A DNA stretch of 64,000 nt from Savitreella phatthalungensis (taxonomy: Eukaryota), in NCBI GenBank assembly GCA_051599415.1, contig AP039691.1, positions 62,001 to 126,000 on the forward strand. The letters are read 5' to 3'. Position 1 is the first letter of the stretch; each line of letters begins with the position of its first letter. Shown here in pieces: positions 55,253 to 64,000 of the stretch. The position numbers were made by a program, and so were the translations under genes. Under the pieces are notes generated by a model. That model had not been told where the DNA came from and ran no database searches. It worked only from the letters and a program-made list of their open reading frames with translations.

Positions 55253-56638
55253 CTAGCTGACTGCGACTTGGATGGTGATGGGTGTTTGGTAAGCTAGTCG
55301 AGATTTCCGTCTCCCGTGCTCGCGCGGCGGCAAAATCATCCTGGCCCTGCCGCTACCACTGCCGACAGTCGATGAGGATGAAGGCCCTGTCAGATCAGCC
55401 AGTTTACCAGACCGGCGCATGTTGGTCTCGAGCACCAGGACTCTCAGGAAGTCCGCGTTCAGGCGAGGCTCCCGTGGTCGATCAGTCGTGCGTCTGTTTG
55501 GCATGATCAGATCGTCCTTGGTCGAGGCTTGCTGTTTCCGGCCTGTCCAGCTGGGTAGCTCGATCGGTGGCCGTTCATCGACGATGCTGCTGAAGGGACG
55601 CTCCATCTCGACAGCGTCGCCAAAGATGCGTGCTTGGACGGTCGTCGAGGACGATCGACATCCTTGCTGGGAGACCGGTCGCGGGATCTGCTGATGAGCT
55701 AGCATGCCTGCATTGCGGAGACCGAGTGGACCGGACATCGTTCCCCCAGAGATCAGGTCGTCGTGCTGCGCGTTGGCCAAGCTTGTGGCCAGGGAGGTGA
55801 GGGATGAGGTCAAAGCAGCGACCATGAGAGAAGCGCGTCGCTTTGCACGCCGCCCAAGCGCACGAGCAAGCCCCGAGGAGTTACCTCCGTTGCGAAAGTT
55901 CTGTGAGCTCGGAGAGATTTTGACGAAGTTGTTCGGTGCGGTAGCCTCGTCCAGGTCGTCAATATTGTCGGTGCTGTCGCTGCGCAGCGGATCACATGAC
56001 ACATTTACTGACTCACGCGGTGGACTGTTCCGGGGTGCTCTCGCGTTCCGTGCACGTGCAGAAGCCGCGGTCAGGTTGAAAGAGGAAGAGCGTGAAGTGT
56101 GCGCAGTGCTGCTGGACAGACTGCCGCTGAGGTCACTGTCCGCGCAAGTGGAGTCTGAAAATGAGCGGGAAAGTTCTGGGAGGCTGCTCGTGGCTGCCGT
56201 GATAGTGTCAGGTCTGTCCAGCAGGAACGCAAATGCTTCATCAGCTTCCGATGCCGCGATGGAGCCGACGGGGTCATCGGCGCGGTCACTCACATCATCA
56301 AAGATGCTGCTGATGCTGTCTGCTCGACGTGGCAGACTTGACCTGCGTGAGCTGATGCTAGATGAGGGAGGAGTGGTCGGTGCGGAAGGAGAGCCCGCAA
56401 GGTGACGCTTTGGCTTGAATCGAGGGATGCGGGTCTCTGCTAGAAGGACCGCAATGCTGTCTGCTGGCTGAGCCGCTGATGCTCGCATGGTCTTGCCAGG
56501 GATTGAGAGCGGTGACACTGCACTGACTGATGGGAGCTGTGATGGGATGTCGTTGATCGTTTGGACAATCTTGACTTCTGACGCTGATGCGCGCGCGGAC
56601 GCTGTCGTGAGTGGCAGTGGACCCACGAGATGACCCAT
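55253..56638 (-). CDS. Uncharacterised Ser-rich, largely disordered protein with an ordered C-terminal motif, 461 aa
   Basis: 1.4 kb ORF with first ATG at 56638. C-terminal block REPRLNADFLRVLVLETNMRRSGKL..GRARMILPPR resembles a motif I recall from fungal hypothetical proteins (unverified). Confidence 0.75.
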   Translation of the reverse strand: MGHLVGPLPLTTASARASASEVKIVQTINDIPSQLPSVSAVSPLSIPGKTMRASAAQPADSIAVLLAETRIPRFKPKRHLAGSPSAPTTPPSSSISSRRSSLPRRADSISSIFDDVSDRADDPVGSIAASEADEAFAFLLDRPDTITAATSSLPELSRSFSDSTCADSDLSGSLSSSTAHTSRSSSFNLTAASARARNARAPRNSPPRESVNVSCDPLRSDSTDNIDDLDEATAPNNFVKISPSSQNFRNGGNSSGLARALGRRAKRRASLMVAALTSSLTSLATSLANAQHDDLISGGTMSGPLGLRNAGMLAHQQIPRPVSQQGCRSSSTTVQARIFGDAVEMERPFSSIVDERPPIELPSWTGRKQQASTKDDLIMPNRRTTDRPREPRLNADFLRVLVLETNMRRSGKLADLTGPSSSSTVGSGSGRARMILPPREHGRRKSRLAYQTPITIQVAVS

Positions 56639-57160
56639 GGAGGGCTCCTTCACTGCGGATGTGGAATCTTGGGGTGACTTGTGTATGGCGCCGTCGTGTG
56701 AGGTGGCACTAGAAGTGGAGATTGGTTAGATTCGCGATTGGCGTCAGGTGTCAGTGCGACTCCCGGGCTTGTGAGTTGCTTATCGCGAGCAAAACGCTCT
56801 ACTTGAAACTCGGTCGGCGTCGTATCTTTGGTTGTGGTTTGAGTGGGAGAAAAGGATGAATAATGGGCGCGAGCGTTGTGGCGCGGGTATTGTTGAGAAT
56901 GCGCGTGACCGAGATAGACGTCGATTGGACAGGTCCTGCTGCTGCGACTAGTACTGATGCAGGTGATTGGATGGTTGGCAAATGATGCTGATAAGCCCTG
57001 GCAGCGCAACAGGTATCACAATGACAAAAGAAGTGAGTGATTGAGTGATGAATCAGATGAGCTGTCGTCACACCTGTTTCGACCCGCGCTGATGATATCG
57101 TACAAGTAACTCTGTGAATGTGTGAGCGAGTGAGTGATTGAATGAGCGAGTTAGTGGTGG

Positions 57161-57232
57161 TGAGTGAGTGAGTGAGTGAGTGAGTGAGTGAGTGAGTGAG
57201 TGAGTGAGTGAGTGAGTGAGTGAGTGAGTGAG
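57161..57232. repeat. (TGAG)18 microsatellite
   Basis: 72 bp perfect repeat with degenerate flanks, about 520 bp upstream of the minus-strand gene starting at 56638. Confidence 0.97.
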
Positions 57233-58249
57233 CGAGTGATAGATACTAAGGATAGCTAGTGACGAGATAAGACGCGTCCTCGTGACCTCCGAATCTCCCT
57301 TTTTCCCTTGCTCAATTTCATTTGATTTAACGACTGACTCGTTCCTTCAAATGTTCACTCACTTTCAATCAATCTCTTTCCTCTGTTTGATGAGCCTATT
57401 CCGAGTGCCGGGCTCGGACGGGCGTAATCGAAAGTCCAGTCCAGCGAAGGGGAAAAATTGTTTTCTCCTAGCTAGTAGAGATAAAGCCCATTTAGAGATA
57501 AAAAGGAAAAGACAAAGTTCAGTCAGATTCAGATGTTGGAAGTCAAATGAACGTACGGTATCAACTCCGCAGGCGGATTTTAGCACGGTAAGTCATCAAG
57601 TGAAGGAATAAACGGTTTGGGTGAGCAACTTCAGTATAAGCTTAGCGTATTCACAGTTGATAGCTATGAAATCTTTGATGAGTCTTGTTTCTAACTACTC
57701 TCAGATTGACAGGAGCTAAATTTCAAGTCTTCAATCTATGGAGGACTTCAAAATTGAAAGAGTCATGTAGAAAGGTTTGAATTGGTGGAAAAGAATATCG
57801 TCTTTTCCGACGGTCTCTAGACTGGATTTATTCTTTGTCAGGTTTCTGCATTGGGGAATAGACTGTTGGAAAGTTCAAGTGCCTTTCAACCAATTGAATC
57901 AAGCCGATAATAACTCACTCCAATTTCTCAACCGCTGGAAATTCTGAAGATCTGAATCTAGATGCACAGGCTCACTTAACAGACCCGATCAGAATACAAT
58001 CAACCGAACAAAGTCCAGCCTGCTTCCAGCTACCATTCAGATTGTATCAGCACGGGAGAACAAACCAGTATCCAATCTGAAGGAATCCATTCTATATAGT
58101 AAATGCTCATGGAATATACTCAAATCTAAATGGTTAAATCACCCACTGGGTCAGTCACCCATTCACACTTTTAGAGTTGAGTGCCATTGCTTTTATCATG
58201 CTCTAGAGCTCGCCTGAGCACTTCTGCTTCTTAGAGCTCTAAATCATTC

Positions 58250-60949
58250 CTAGAAACCCTCATCTCCCCAACTACTTGCAAAGCTCACCTCGCCACCATT
58301 CACATCACCACCACCACCACTACCACTACCACTACCAGTCGCAACCTCACTTCTACCCACCAGCTCATTCAGCCTTCCGAGTGCACCTTCACTCAGACCG
58401 CCCAACTGACCGCCCAACTGAGGTTTCAATCCAAGCGCTGCATTCACCAGCGCCGGATCAATCGTCCTCTTCCGTAGATCTTCTTCCTCTGCACTCCCAC
58501 TCCTGTAAGCGTCCCAATTCTCAGTGTGCATCGTTGGCACCTCTAACCCTCTGCCCGCCTCCACTGTCTTTGGCCGACTTTGAACTCCCTTGCCATTGTT
58601 GTTGCTGAACCCGGTGACACCACCGCTAGCGGGTCCTGATGCAGACACAGAATTCCCTGCAGGCTTCAACCGGCTAGCTAGCGTGCTCGGTCTGACCATG
58701 CCTGCACTCGTCATAGGCCGAGCCAGTGATCTCTGTCCTGTCCCTCCAACGAACTTGAGTGAGCCAGGAACCACTTGTCCTGCGCGTGCCGATGGCGTGC
58801 ATGGTACTGCCCCTGAAGCAGGCCCGGATGCAGACTCGCCAGCTCGTCTTGTCACTGTCGATGGCGCCTTCAGCCCAGGTCTTCTGATCGCAGACCCGGG
58901 CGCCACACCTGTCCCTGTCACAGACTGACTGCCGGACCTTGGCCTTGTCATCTCACCACGACCACCAACAGCCGGCCTTGTCGACAACATCGTCCGCTGA
59001 CGTCCTTCAGTCGGAGATGACGAGCGAGAGGTCGACATGGCTGATCTCGGCCGGGCGATACTGCTGACGGATCCGATCCGGGAGTGACTTCTGATTGTCG
59101 TTGTCGTCGTCCCTGCTGCTGCTGACTTTGCTGCGGCAGATCCGGGAATCGACGTCATGGCATTCAGTCTCCCACCTTGACGCTCCTGTAACACCACCCC
59201 ACCACCGCGGTGACTCCTTCCAGAATCAGAGAGCACCCTCTTACTCGGAGATGATCCAGCCGTCGTCATCGTTGACACCGGATTCCGAGCGGCGGGCGTC
59301 GATGCACTTCGCGAGTGGCCAGGGGTCGTGATCGGTCTTGACAGGCCATCGACCGGTGTCTTTGGACGCGTGGAGGTAGTTGATGCGATTGACGATGACG
59401 ATAGGCTGGTGCTTGCTGGAGCGGTCGATTTCGTCTGCGTGCCTGCGGTCTTGCGCGTCGTGCTTACTTTCGCTTGCACGGGTGCTGTAGCAGCCTCCTC
59501 CTCCCCCGACCCGCCTTCCCGAGGATACCGCTCACCCCAGACAAGGAAAGGCTCGCCGTGCTCGACCTCGTACTCGCTCATGAAATCCTTGAGCGACTGC
59601 TCCACTCTCGGCATCGTCTTCTCGATCCGTGTCCGCATCTTCGACTCCTGCATGGGGTTGTACCCGCGCTGCGAGAATCGCGCCGGGTCGCTCGACATGA
59701 TCGCAAACTGCTTCTTCTCCTCGACCAGTTCCATGTGTCGAGCGATCTGCTGGATGAGCGGAGCAAGCGACTGAGACAGTCGGTCGAGTCGCTTGACCTC
59801 ATTCTCGTGTTCCTGCAGCGCTTCCTCCGTACACTCATCGGAGAATGCAGGCGCAAATCGCTCCCGCTGCTCGTCCCCATACAGCAGCCTGTCCCACAGA
59901 TCTGCAAGCTCTTCTCGTGCAGCAGAGATGAATTCGCCAATGTGCTGTCTCTTCAACTCCCGCAGACGACCTTCTTCCGCCTCGCACTGACGAAGCACGT
60001 GGTCGCTTACACCCTTGCCGCTGATGATGAGCATGAAATTCTCCAGCTCCATCAATGGCAGTTTAAGCTTGGCGTGCATGCTTCTAATGGCTTCGAGATG
60101 TCTGTCGATGACAAGTTTCCGCTCCTCGCGCAACAGCTCCAGCGCGTTCTTCTTGTCCTGCAGCAGCTCAATATCCTCATCCCGTAAACCTAGCGTCTCT
60201 GGCTTTGTCTTGCCATCGAGCAAGATGCGCCTGTCAAGATCGTTGTCGAGTGTGGTCGAATCAACCGCTAGCTCTGCCCAGAGACCGACGATGCTGCCAG
60301 CCAAACTCTGGACCTGCTGTCGCCGTCGGATCACCTCCTCTCGGCACTTGCGAATCGCGTTGTCCAGGCGGCCTACCTGAGCAAGCGACACATCGCTCAA
60401 AGGTGGCGCCTCTTCTGCAAGGGCCTCTGCCGATGGCATCTCCACGTCGATCACACTGGCCGGGAGGAGTTCCAGGTACTTTGCAAGATCCTTGTACAGC
60501 ATTCGTACCTTCTGTGCACGTTCCCCGAACGCCTTTTTGACGACCGCGTGCTCGATCTTCAGCACCTTCTGCGAGTCCAACAGTGGAGCCTTGATTCGCA
60601 TCCGCCCGGCCATCGGACTCCCTGAGACCGCATCTGCAGCGGCGAATGGATCGTGAGTTGCCCCTGTGGCCGACCTCGCATGTCTCGGATTATCGCCCAT
60701 CGCGACACGCATGAACGACATGTCCTGGACCATCGCCTCGCAGTCCTGCCTGACGCGAGCGCATTCCTGGCGTGTACTGTCGAGACTAGCTTCCAGCGCA
60801 GACTTGAGCACCTCAATCAGGGAGCCGGAAGTCTGTGAATTGTGATTGGGACCACCGAGTTCTAGGTGGAGTGCCTCAAGCTGGGCATAGTGAGCCTCGA
60901 GCGTAGCCTGGAAGACCTTCCACGACGTCGCGTCAGGCGCGCTCGTCAT
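58250..60949 (-). CDS. ASE1: Antiparallel microtubule cross-linker Ase1 (PRC1/MAP65 family), 899 aa
   Basis: Helical rod with IVGLWAEL, REELADLWDRLLY, F..AFSDECTEEALQEHENE, DPARF...ESKMRTRIEKTMPRVE and YEVEHGEPFLVWGE, followed by a basic Ser/Thr/Arg disordered tail. First ATG is 60949. Confidence 0.88.
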   Translation of the reverse strand: MTSAPDATSWKVFQATLEAHYAQLEALHLELGGPNHNSQTSGSLIEVLKSALEASLDSTRQECARVRQDCEAMVQDMSFMRVAMGDNPRHARSATGATHDPFAAADAVSGSPMAGRMRIKAPLLDSQKVLKIEHAVVKKAFGERAQKVRMLYKDLAKYLELLPASVIDVEMPSAEALAEEAPPLSDVSLAQVGRLDNAIRKCREEVIRRRQQVQSLAGSIVGLWAELAVDSTTLDNDLDRRILLDGKTKPETLGLRDEDIELLQDKKNALELLREERKLVIDRHLEAIRSMHAKLKLPLMELENFMLIISGKGVSDHVLRQCEAEEGRLRELKRQHIGEFISAAREELADLWDRLLYGDEQRERFAPAFSDECTEEALQEHENEVKRLDRLSQSLAPLIQQIARHMELVEEKKQFAIMSSDPARFSQRGYNPMQESKMRTRIEKTMPRVEQSLKDFMSEYEVEHGEPFLVWGERYPREGGSGEEEAATAPVQAKVSTTRKTAGTQTKSTAPASTSLSSSSIASTTSTRPKTPVDGLSRPITTPGHSRSASTPAARNPVSTMTTAGSSPSKRVLSDSGRSHRGGGVVLQERQGGRLNAMTSIPGSAAAKSAAAGTTTTTIRSHSRIGSVSSIARPRSAMSTSRSSSPTEGRQRTMLSTRPAVGGRGEMTRPRSGSQSVTGTGVAPGSAIRRPGLKAPSTVTRRAGESASGPASGAVPCTPSARAGQVVPGSLKFVGGTGQRSLARPMTSAGMVRPSTLASRLKPAGNSVSASGPASGGVTGFSNNNGKGVQSRPKTVEAGRGLEVPTMHTENWDAYRSGSAEEEDLRKRTIDPALVNAALGLKPQLGGQLGGLSEGALGRLNELVGRSEVATGSGSGSGGGGDVNGGEVSFASSWGDEGF

Positions 60950-61063
60950 CTGGGCTGTATTACTGATTCTCCAGGCACTCAAGATTCCTTTCTTTACCAG
61001 CTGTTCTTCTCTTCTCCTGTTCTGTAAAGAACAAGACCTGTTGAGGTAATGCTATGGGTGAGT

Positions 61064-61083
61064 TGTTTACGTAGATGTAAACA
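61064..61083. promoter_or_regulatory. Inverted pair of forkhead sites TGTTTAC-N6-GTAAACA upstream of ASE1
   Basis: Exact forkhead consensus twice, 115-134 nt upstream of the ATG; further TGTTTAC copies at 61311 and 61537. Confidence 0.6.
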
Positions 61084-63277
61084 CTGCGCTTCACGCCCCC
61101 TATTTTCACACACAGCCACGTATGCACGCTGCAACGCATGTAAGCGCCAGTGCGATTGATAGAATGCACGAAAACTCGATGCGATGCATCCACTGCCTGC
61201 CAATAACTCAACCATTATTGCATGAAAATCCAAAACTGTTGTTCGGGGTCATTATGCTTAATTCGACCTTCGCTGTGCATTCAACAAAATTTACGGTTTG
61301 TCCACTAACCTGTTTACCCGGTCTCGTCAATGTGAGAAAGATGCACAAAATGGAGAAATGCGGGATCCAGTAGTACATGTGCTCTACTCAACCGCTCTAC
61401 AGGTGGCTGCCTGATGTCAACCAGGCTCACGCTCTAATAGGTGACGAGGCTTGACAGACAGATTTCATTCAAGGACTCATGTACAAATGTAGCCAGCCAT
61501 CACGTCTCATCGGCTCCAGGTCCCACTGAGGTTCACTGTTTACCATTCATAGAGCAGTGGCAGGAAACAGCCTGCACTATATTCAGCAACAAGCTTGGAT
61601 CTAAAGTCGCATGTTCGCAGGTCGTAAGCATATGTATGTTCACTCTTGCCATTTGGCTGTCCAGTCCGTGCAGGCGGATGTGGGAGCGGCCGAAGAGAGC
61701 GGAAGCTGCTCTTGTGAAGATTACGATCATGCATCTTATCCCTCAACTCAGATGTCATCCCTCACATCAGACGGGGTTTACTACAGCTGACCCACGAATC
61801 TCGCATGTCTTGTTCGACATCGTCATTTGAAGCGATAGCGGAACATCGAACCAGCTTTCTGGACGTCCTTCTAATCATCTAGCTATGAACTCACCGCCCG
61901 CTATCGCCCTCCGATGCAGGGAGTACATGAGCACGATATCCTCCCACATTTCTGCCCTCCGTGGCTTCAATCAGCAATTGCTTGAATTCAATTTTGGAGG
62001 TGCATCGGGTGTATCATGCAGGTCTCATTTTCACCGGTATACGACCTGAAGCACACTCTGATCCACCGCATTCTATCGCGCTTAAATACTCGGATGGACA
62101 ACCGAGCCCGAACCGAGATGAAGTTGAACACGAGCGCAGCAGGAGCGAAGGCTACCTACCACCTTAGGCAGACTAAGGCAGATCGTAGTCGTCTGTAAAA
62201 TTCAGTAACCAAGAAATCGTCTACTATCATTTGAGGCAATGAGCCCGTTCTCAATTTTCACTCCTGCCACTAAGTCAATCTGGGCAAATCACACTCGGCG
62301 AACACTGGCCAACAGATTGCCCCCGTGAGATGCATGTCCAAACTGTCCACACTCGCGATCTCATTCTTCAGAACTCGGTCGGCACCGTGCCCCGTGTGCG
62401 TTGAAGAAGACAGGCCAAAATTTGAAGATCATCACTCATTTTCAATCTCCTGCACTCATGAGGAAGCCTCAGGTAAATGATGCAGTGACGTAGATGCATT
62501 CTCGTGATCGTCAGCTTCAAAATCGTCGTCAGTCATTTGATCGTCAGGCTGCTCTACCCTCAATTCCAATATTCTGAAGAAAACCATTTTCTCCCGTTCG
62601 AGTTATGAAATTCGTGTGCAGGAGCATTTCCTATCTGGTTTCGATGAGTGTATCAGTTCACCTCTCGGAGAGTAATCTCGTCATTTTAACCCCCGAGTCT
62701 CAGTCCTTATCCAGATCCGACTAAGGAGTTGGGAATTCATGGCTGCTCACTCGCACTCAACTCCGGTGAATTCGTGGCACTCGAATCTCTCGTGGCTATA
62801 TTCAAACTCGACGAAGACACCTAATTTTGGCCCAATCATCCAATGATACGACATCAATCCCCGTGGACCGGGTTGCCTAATCTATTGCACAAAACAGGGC
62901 ATTTTTGACTGAGTATCATTATCGTACTGATTCTATAGGCGGACACGGGAAAATTTCCAATTTACCGGCTGCTGGATGGATATTCCAGCAATTCATCACG
63001 GCAATAGCTCACTCAATGCATGTGGAGCATTGTCAGCATATCCATACCTGGCTACCCTGTTTCAGAATTGAGCCCAAGATAGTGCAGCTGACTGACGAGT
63101 ATCCGCGTGGTCAAACCACGACCAGGACATCTTTATCAGCCAGCTTACCAGACACCAACCCATCTTTTCTTTAACTGCTGACGACAACGACGTGCCTCCT
63201 ATTAAGGACGGCGACACAGAGACATCTTCCACAGTCGCTGCGGCGCACTTCGGCGTGCACCGACGGCTAGAACGAGG

Positions 63278-64000
63278 ATGCCTACGATAGAGTTGCAGGT
63301 GCGGAAAAAGCCGTTTGAACGGTTCGTCGTGGCTTACTATATCACACTCAAAGGTCGGAACAGACATTTGAGATGCAATTTCTTTTTCAACCGCATGAGC
63401 AACTGCAGAGCCACAGACTCTATCATCACCTACCTACCCGCATTTCTCCGAGCCAAATTCGGTGAGAGTGCCTATGGAGTCCGGGTCGACAATACGGTCT
63501 ACCGTAATGACGAGGACATGATGCGTGATGCAGGGCTCAAGACCGGCGGCAGCTATTTCGTAGTCTACGAAGACTACACACCTTCGTACGCAGAGGCAGT
63601 CGAGCAGCCACCTGTGTATCAGCCAGCAGAGACGGACAGGCAACGCGCCCCGCGGTATGATGATCCGCTCGTTCATGGCTACATGAAGCCAGCATATTTT
63701 GACCGATTCGTCTACTATCCAGAGATTGCCCTGCGTAAGAAACGGTTCTATATCAGGCTCTCTTTTGGCCGTAAGGCTTCCATCGAGCTCAGCAACGTCA
63801 ATCCTGAGCATGTCGACAGTCTGCGATATCAGCTTATCGAGAAGGCCGGATACAAGGCTCGTGCTCTGCTATTGGACGACGGACGACAGGTGTGCACAGA
63901 CGATGCACTGTGGATGGATGAGATCCAGGATGGAGAGTGCTACAAGGTGGCGTATGTCCAGCATGACCTGATGACAGGACTACCAAAAGTGCCGGAGGTC
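63278..64000 (+). CDS. 3'-truncated ORF (at least 241 aa) with two ubiquitin-like repeats and a PPxY linker
   Basis: Hand translation from ATG 63278 (in-frame TAA upstream at 63203) is open to the window end: MPTIELQVRKKPFERFVV...HDLMTGLPKVPEV. It is absent from the ORF track because there is no stop in the window. Confidence 0.75.
   Translation, partial: MPTIELQVRKKPFERFVVAYYITLKGRNRHLRCNFFFNRMSNCRATDSIITYLPAFLRAKFGESAYGVRVDNTVYRNDEDMMRDAGLKTGGSYFVVYEDYTPSYAEAVEQPPVYQPAETDRQRAPRYDDPLVHGYMKPAYFDRFVYYPEIALRKKRFYIRLSFGRKASIELSNVNPEHVDSLRYQLIEKAGYKARALLLDDGRQVCTDDALWMDEIQDGECYKVAYVQHDLMTGLPKVPEV

Noticed and set aside
56650..57009. Upstream minus-strand ORF or extra exon for the Ser-rich gene (CTAAC...TAG acceptor-like at about 56709-56729)
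   Set aside because: No convincing donor and no upstream ATG found nearby, so it cannot be built into a gene model.
58200..58242. Palindromes GCTCTAGAGC and TTAGAGCTCTAA just after the ASE1 stop
   Set aside because: Short, and this genome's intergenic DNA is generally rich in small palindromes; no support for a function.
7527..60949. Apparent functional clustering (CTR9+SET2; ain1+cyclin+ASE1; DNF3+PSD1)
   Set aside because: Genes are interspersed and not adjacent; consistent with chance in a compact genome without synteny data.
7506..60982. Track starts at TTG/GTG codons (7506, 11551, 15106, 21646, 27428, 29603, 48524, 56653, 60982)
   Set aside because: Eukaryotic genes; re-assigned to the first in-frame ATG or a spliced upstream exon.
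62016..62198. 60-aa ORF ending in SRL (PTS1-like)
   Set aside because: Short, no recognisable domain, and a PTS1-like end is expected by chance among hundreds of small ORFs.

Overview
Eukaryotic (ascomycete) genomic DNA, GC-rich and very intron-poor: only three introns were resolved, all 46-50 nt. Gene content and structure suggest Taphrinomycotina (Taphrina/Protomyces-like); this is an inference, not a database result. Positions 1-37.8 kb are a compact housekeeping block: DNF3-type P4-ATPase, CTR9, glyoxalase II, PMS1, an uncharacterised membrane protein, alpha-actinin (3 exons), Clb3/Cig1-type cyclin B (2 exons), SET2, ADE2, VPS36, PSD1 and a histidine-phosphatase-family gene. Positions 37.8-58 kb are gene-sparse and carry two co-oriented giant secreted tandem-repeat proteins that I cannot assign to any family. 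One is a 1282-aa Ala/Pro/Ser/Phe (APAFS-type) polymer. The other is a 2084-aa, probably GPI-anchored protein built of 28-, 17- and ~22-aa amphipathic-helix repeats plus (GGNT)13. Together they are the best candidate for an undescribed cell-surface or extracellular material system. A Ser-rich uncharacterised gene and ASE1 follow. The window ends in an ORF missing from the supplied track (63278 to the edge) with two ubiquitin-like repeats joined by a PPxY linker. No tRNA, rRNA, CRISPR array or recognisable transposon was found.
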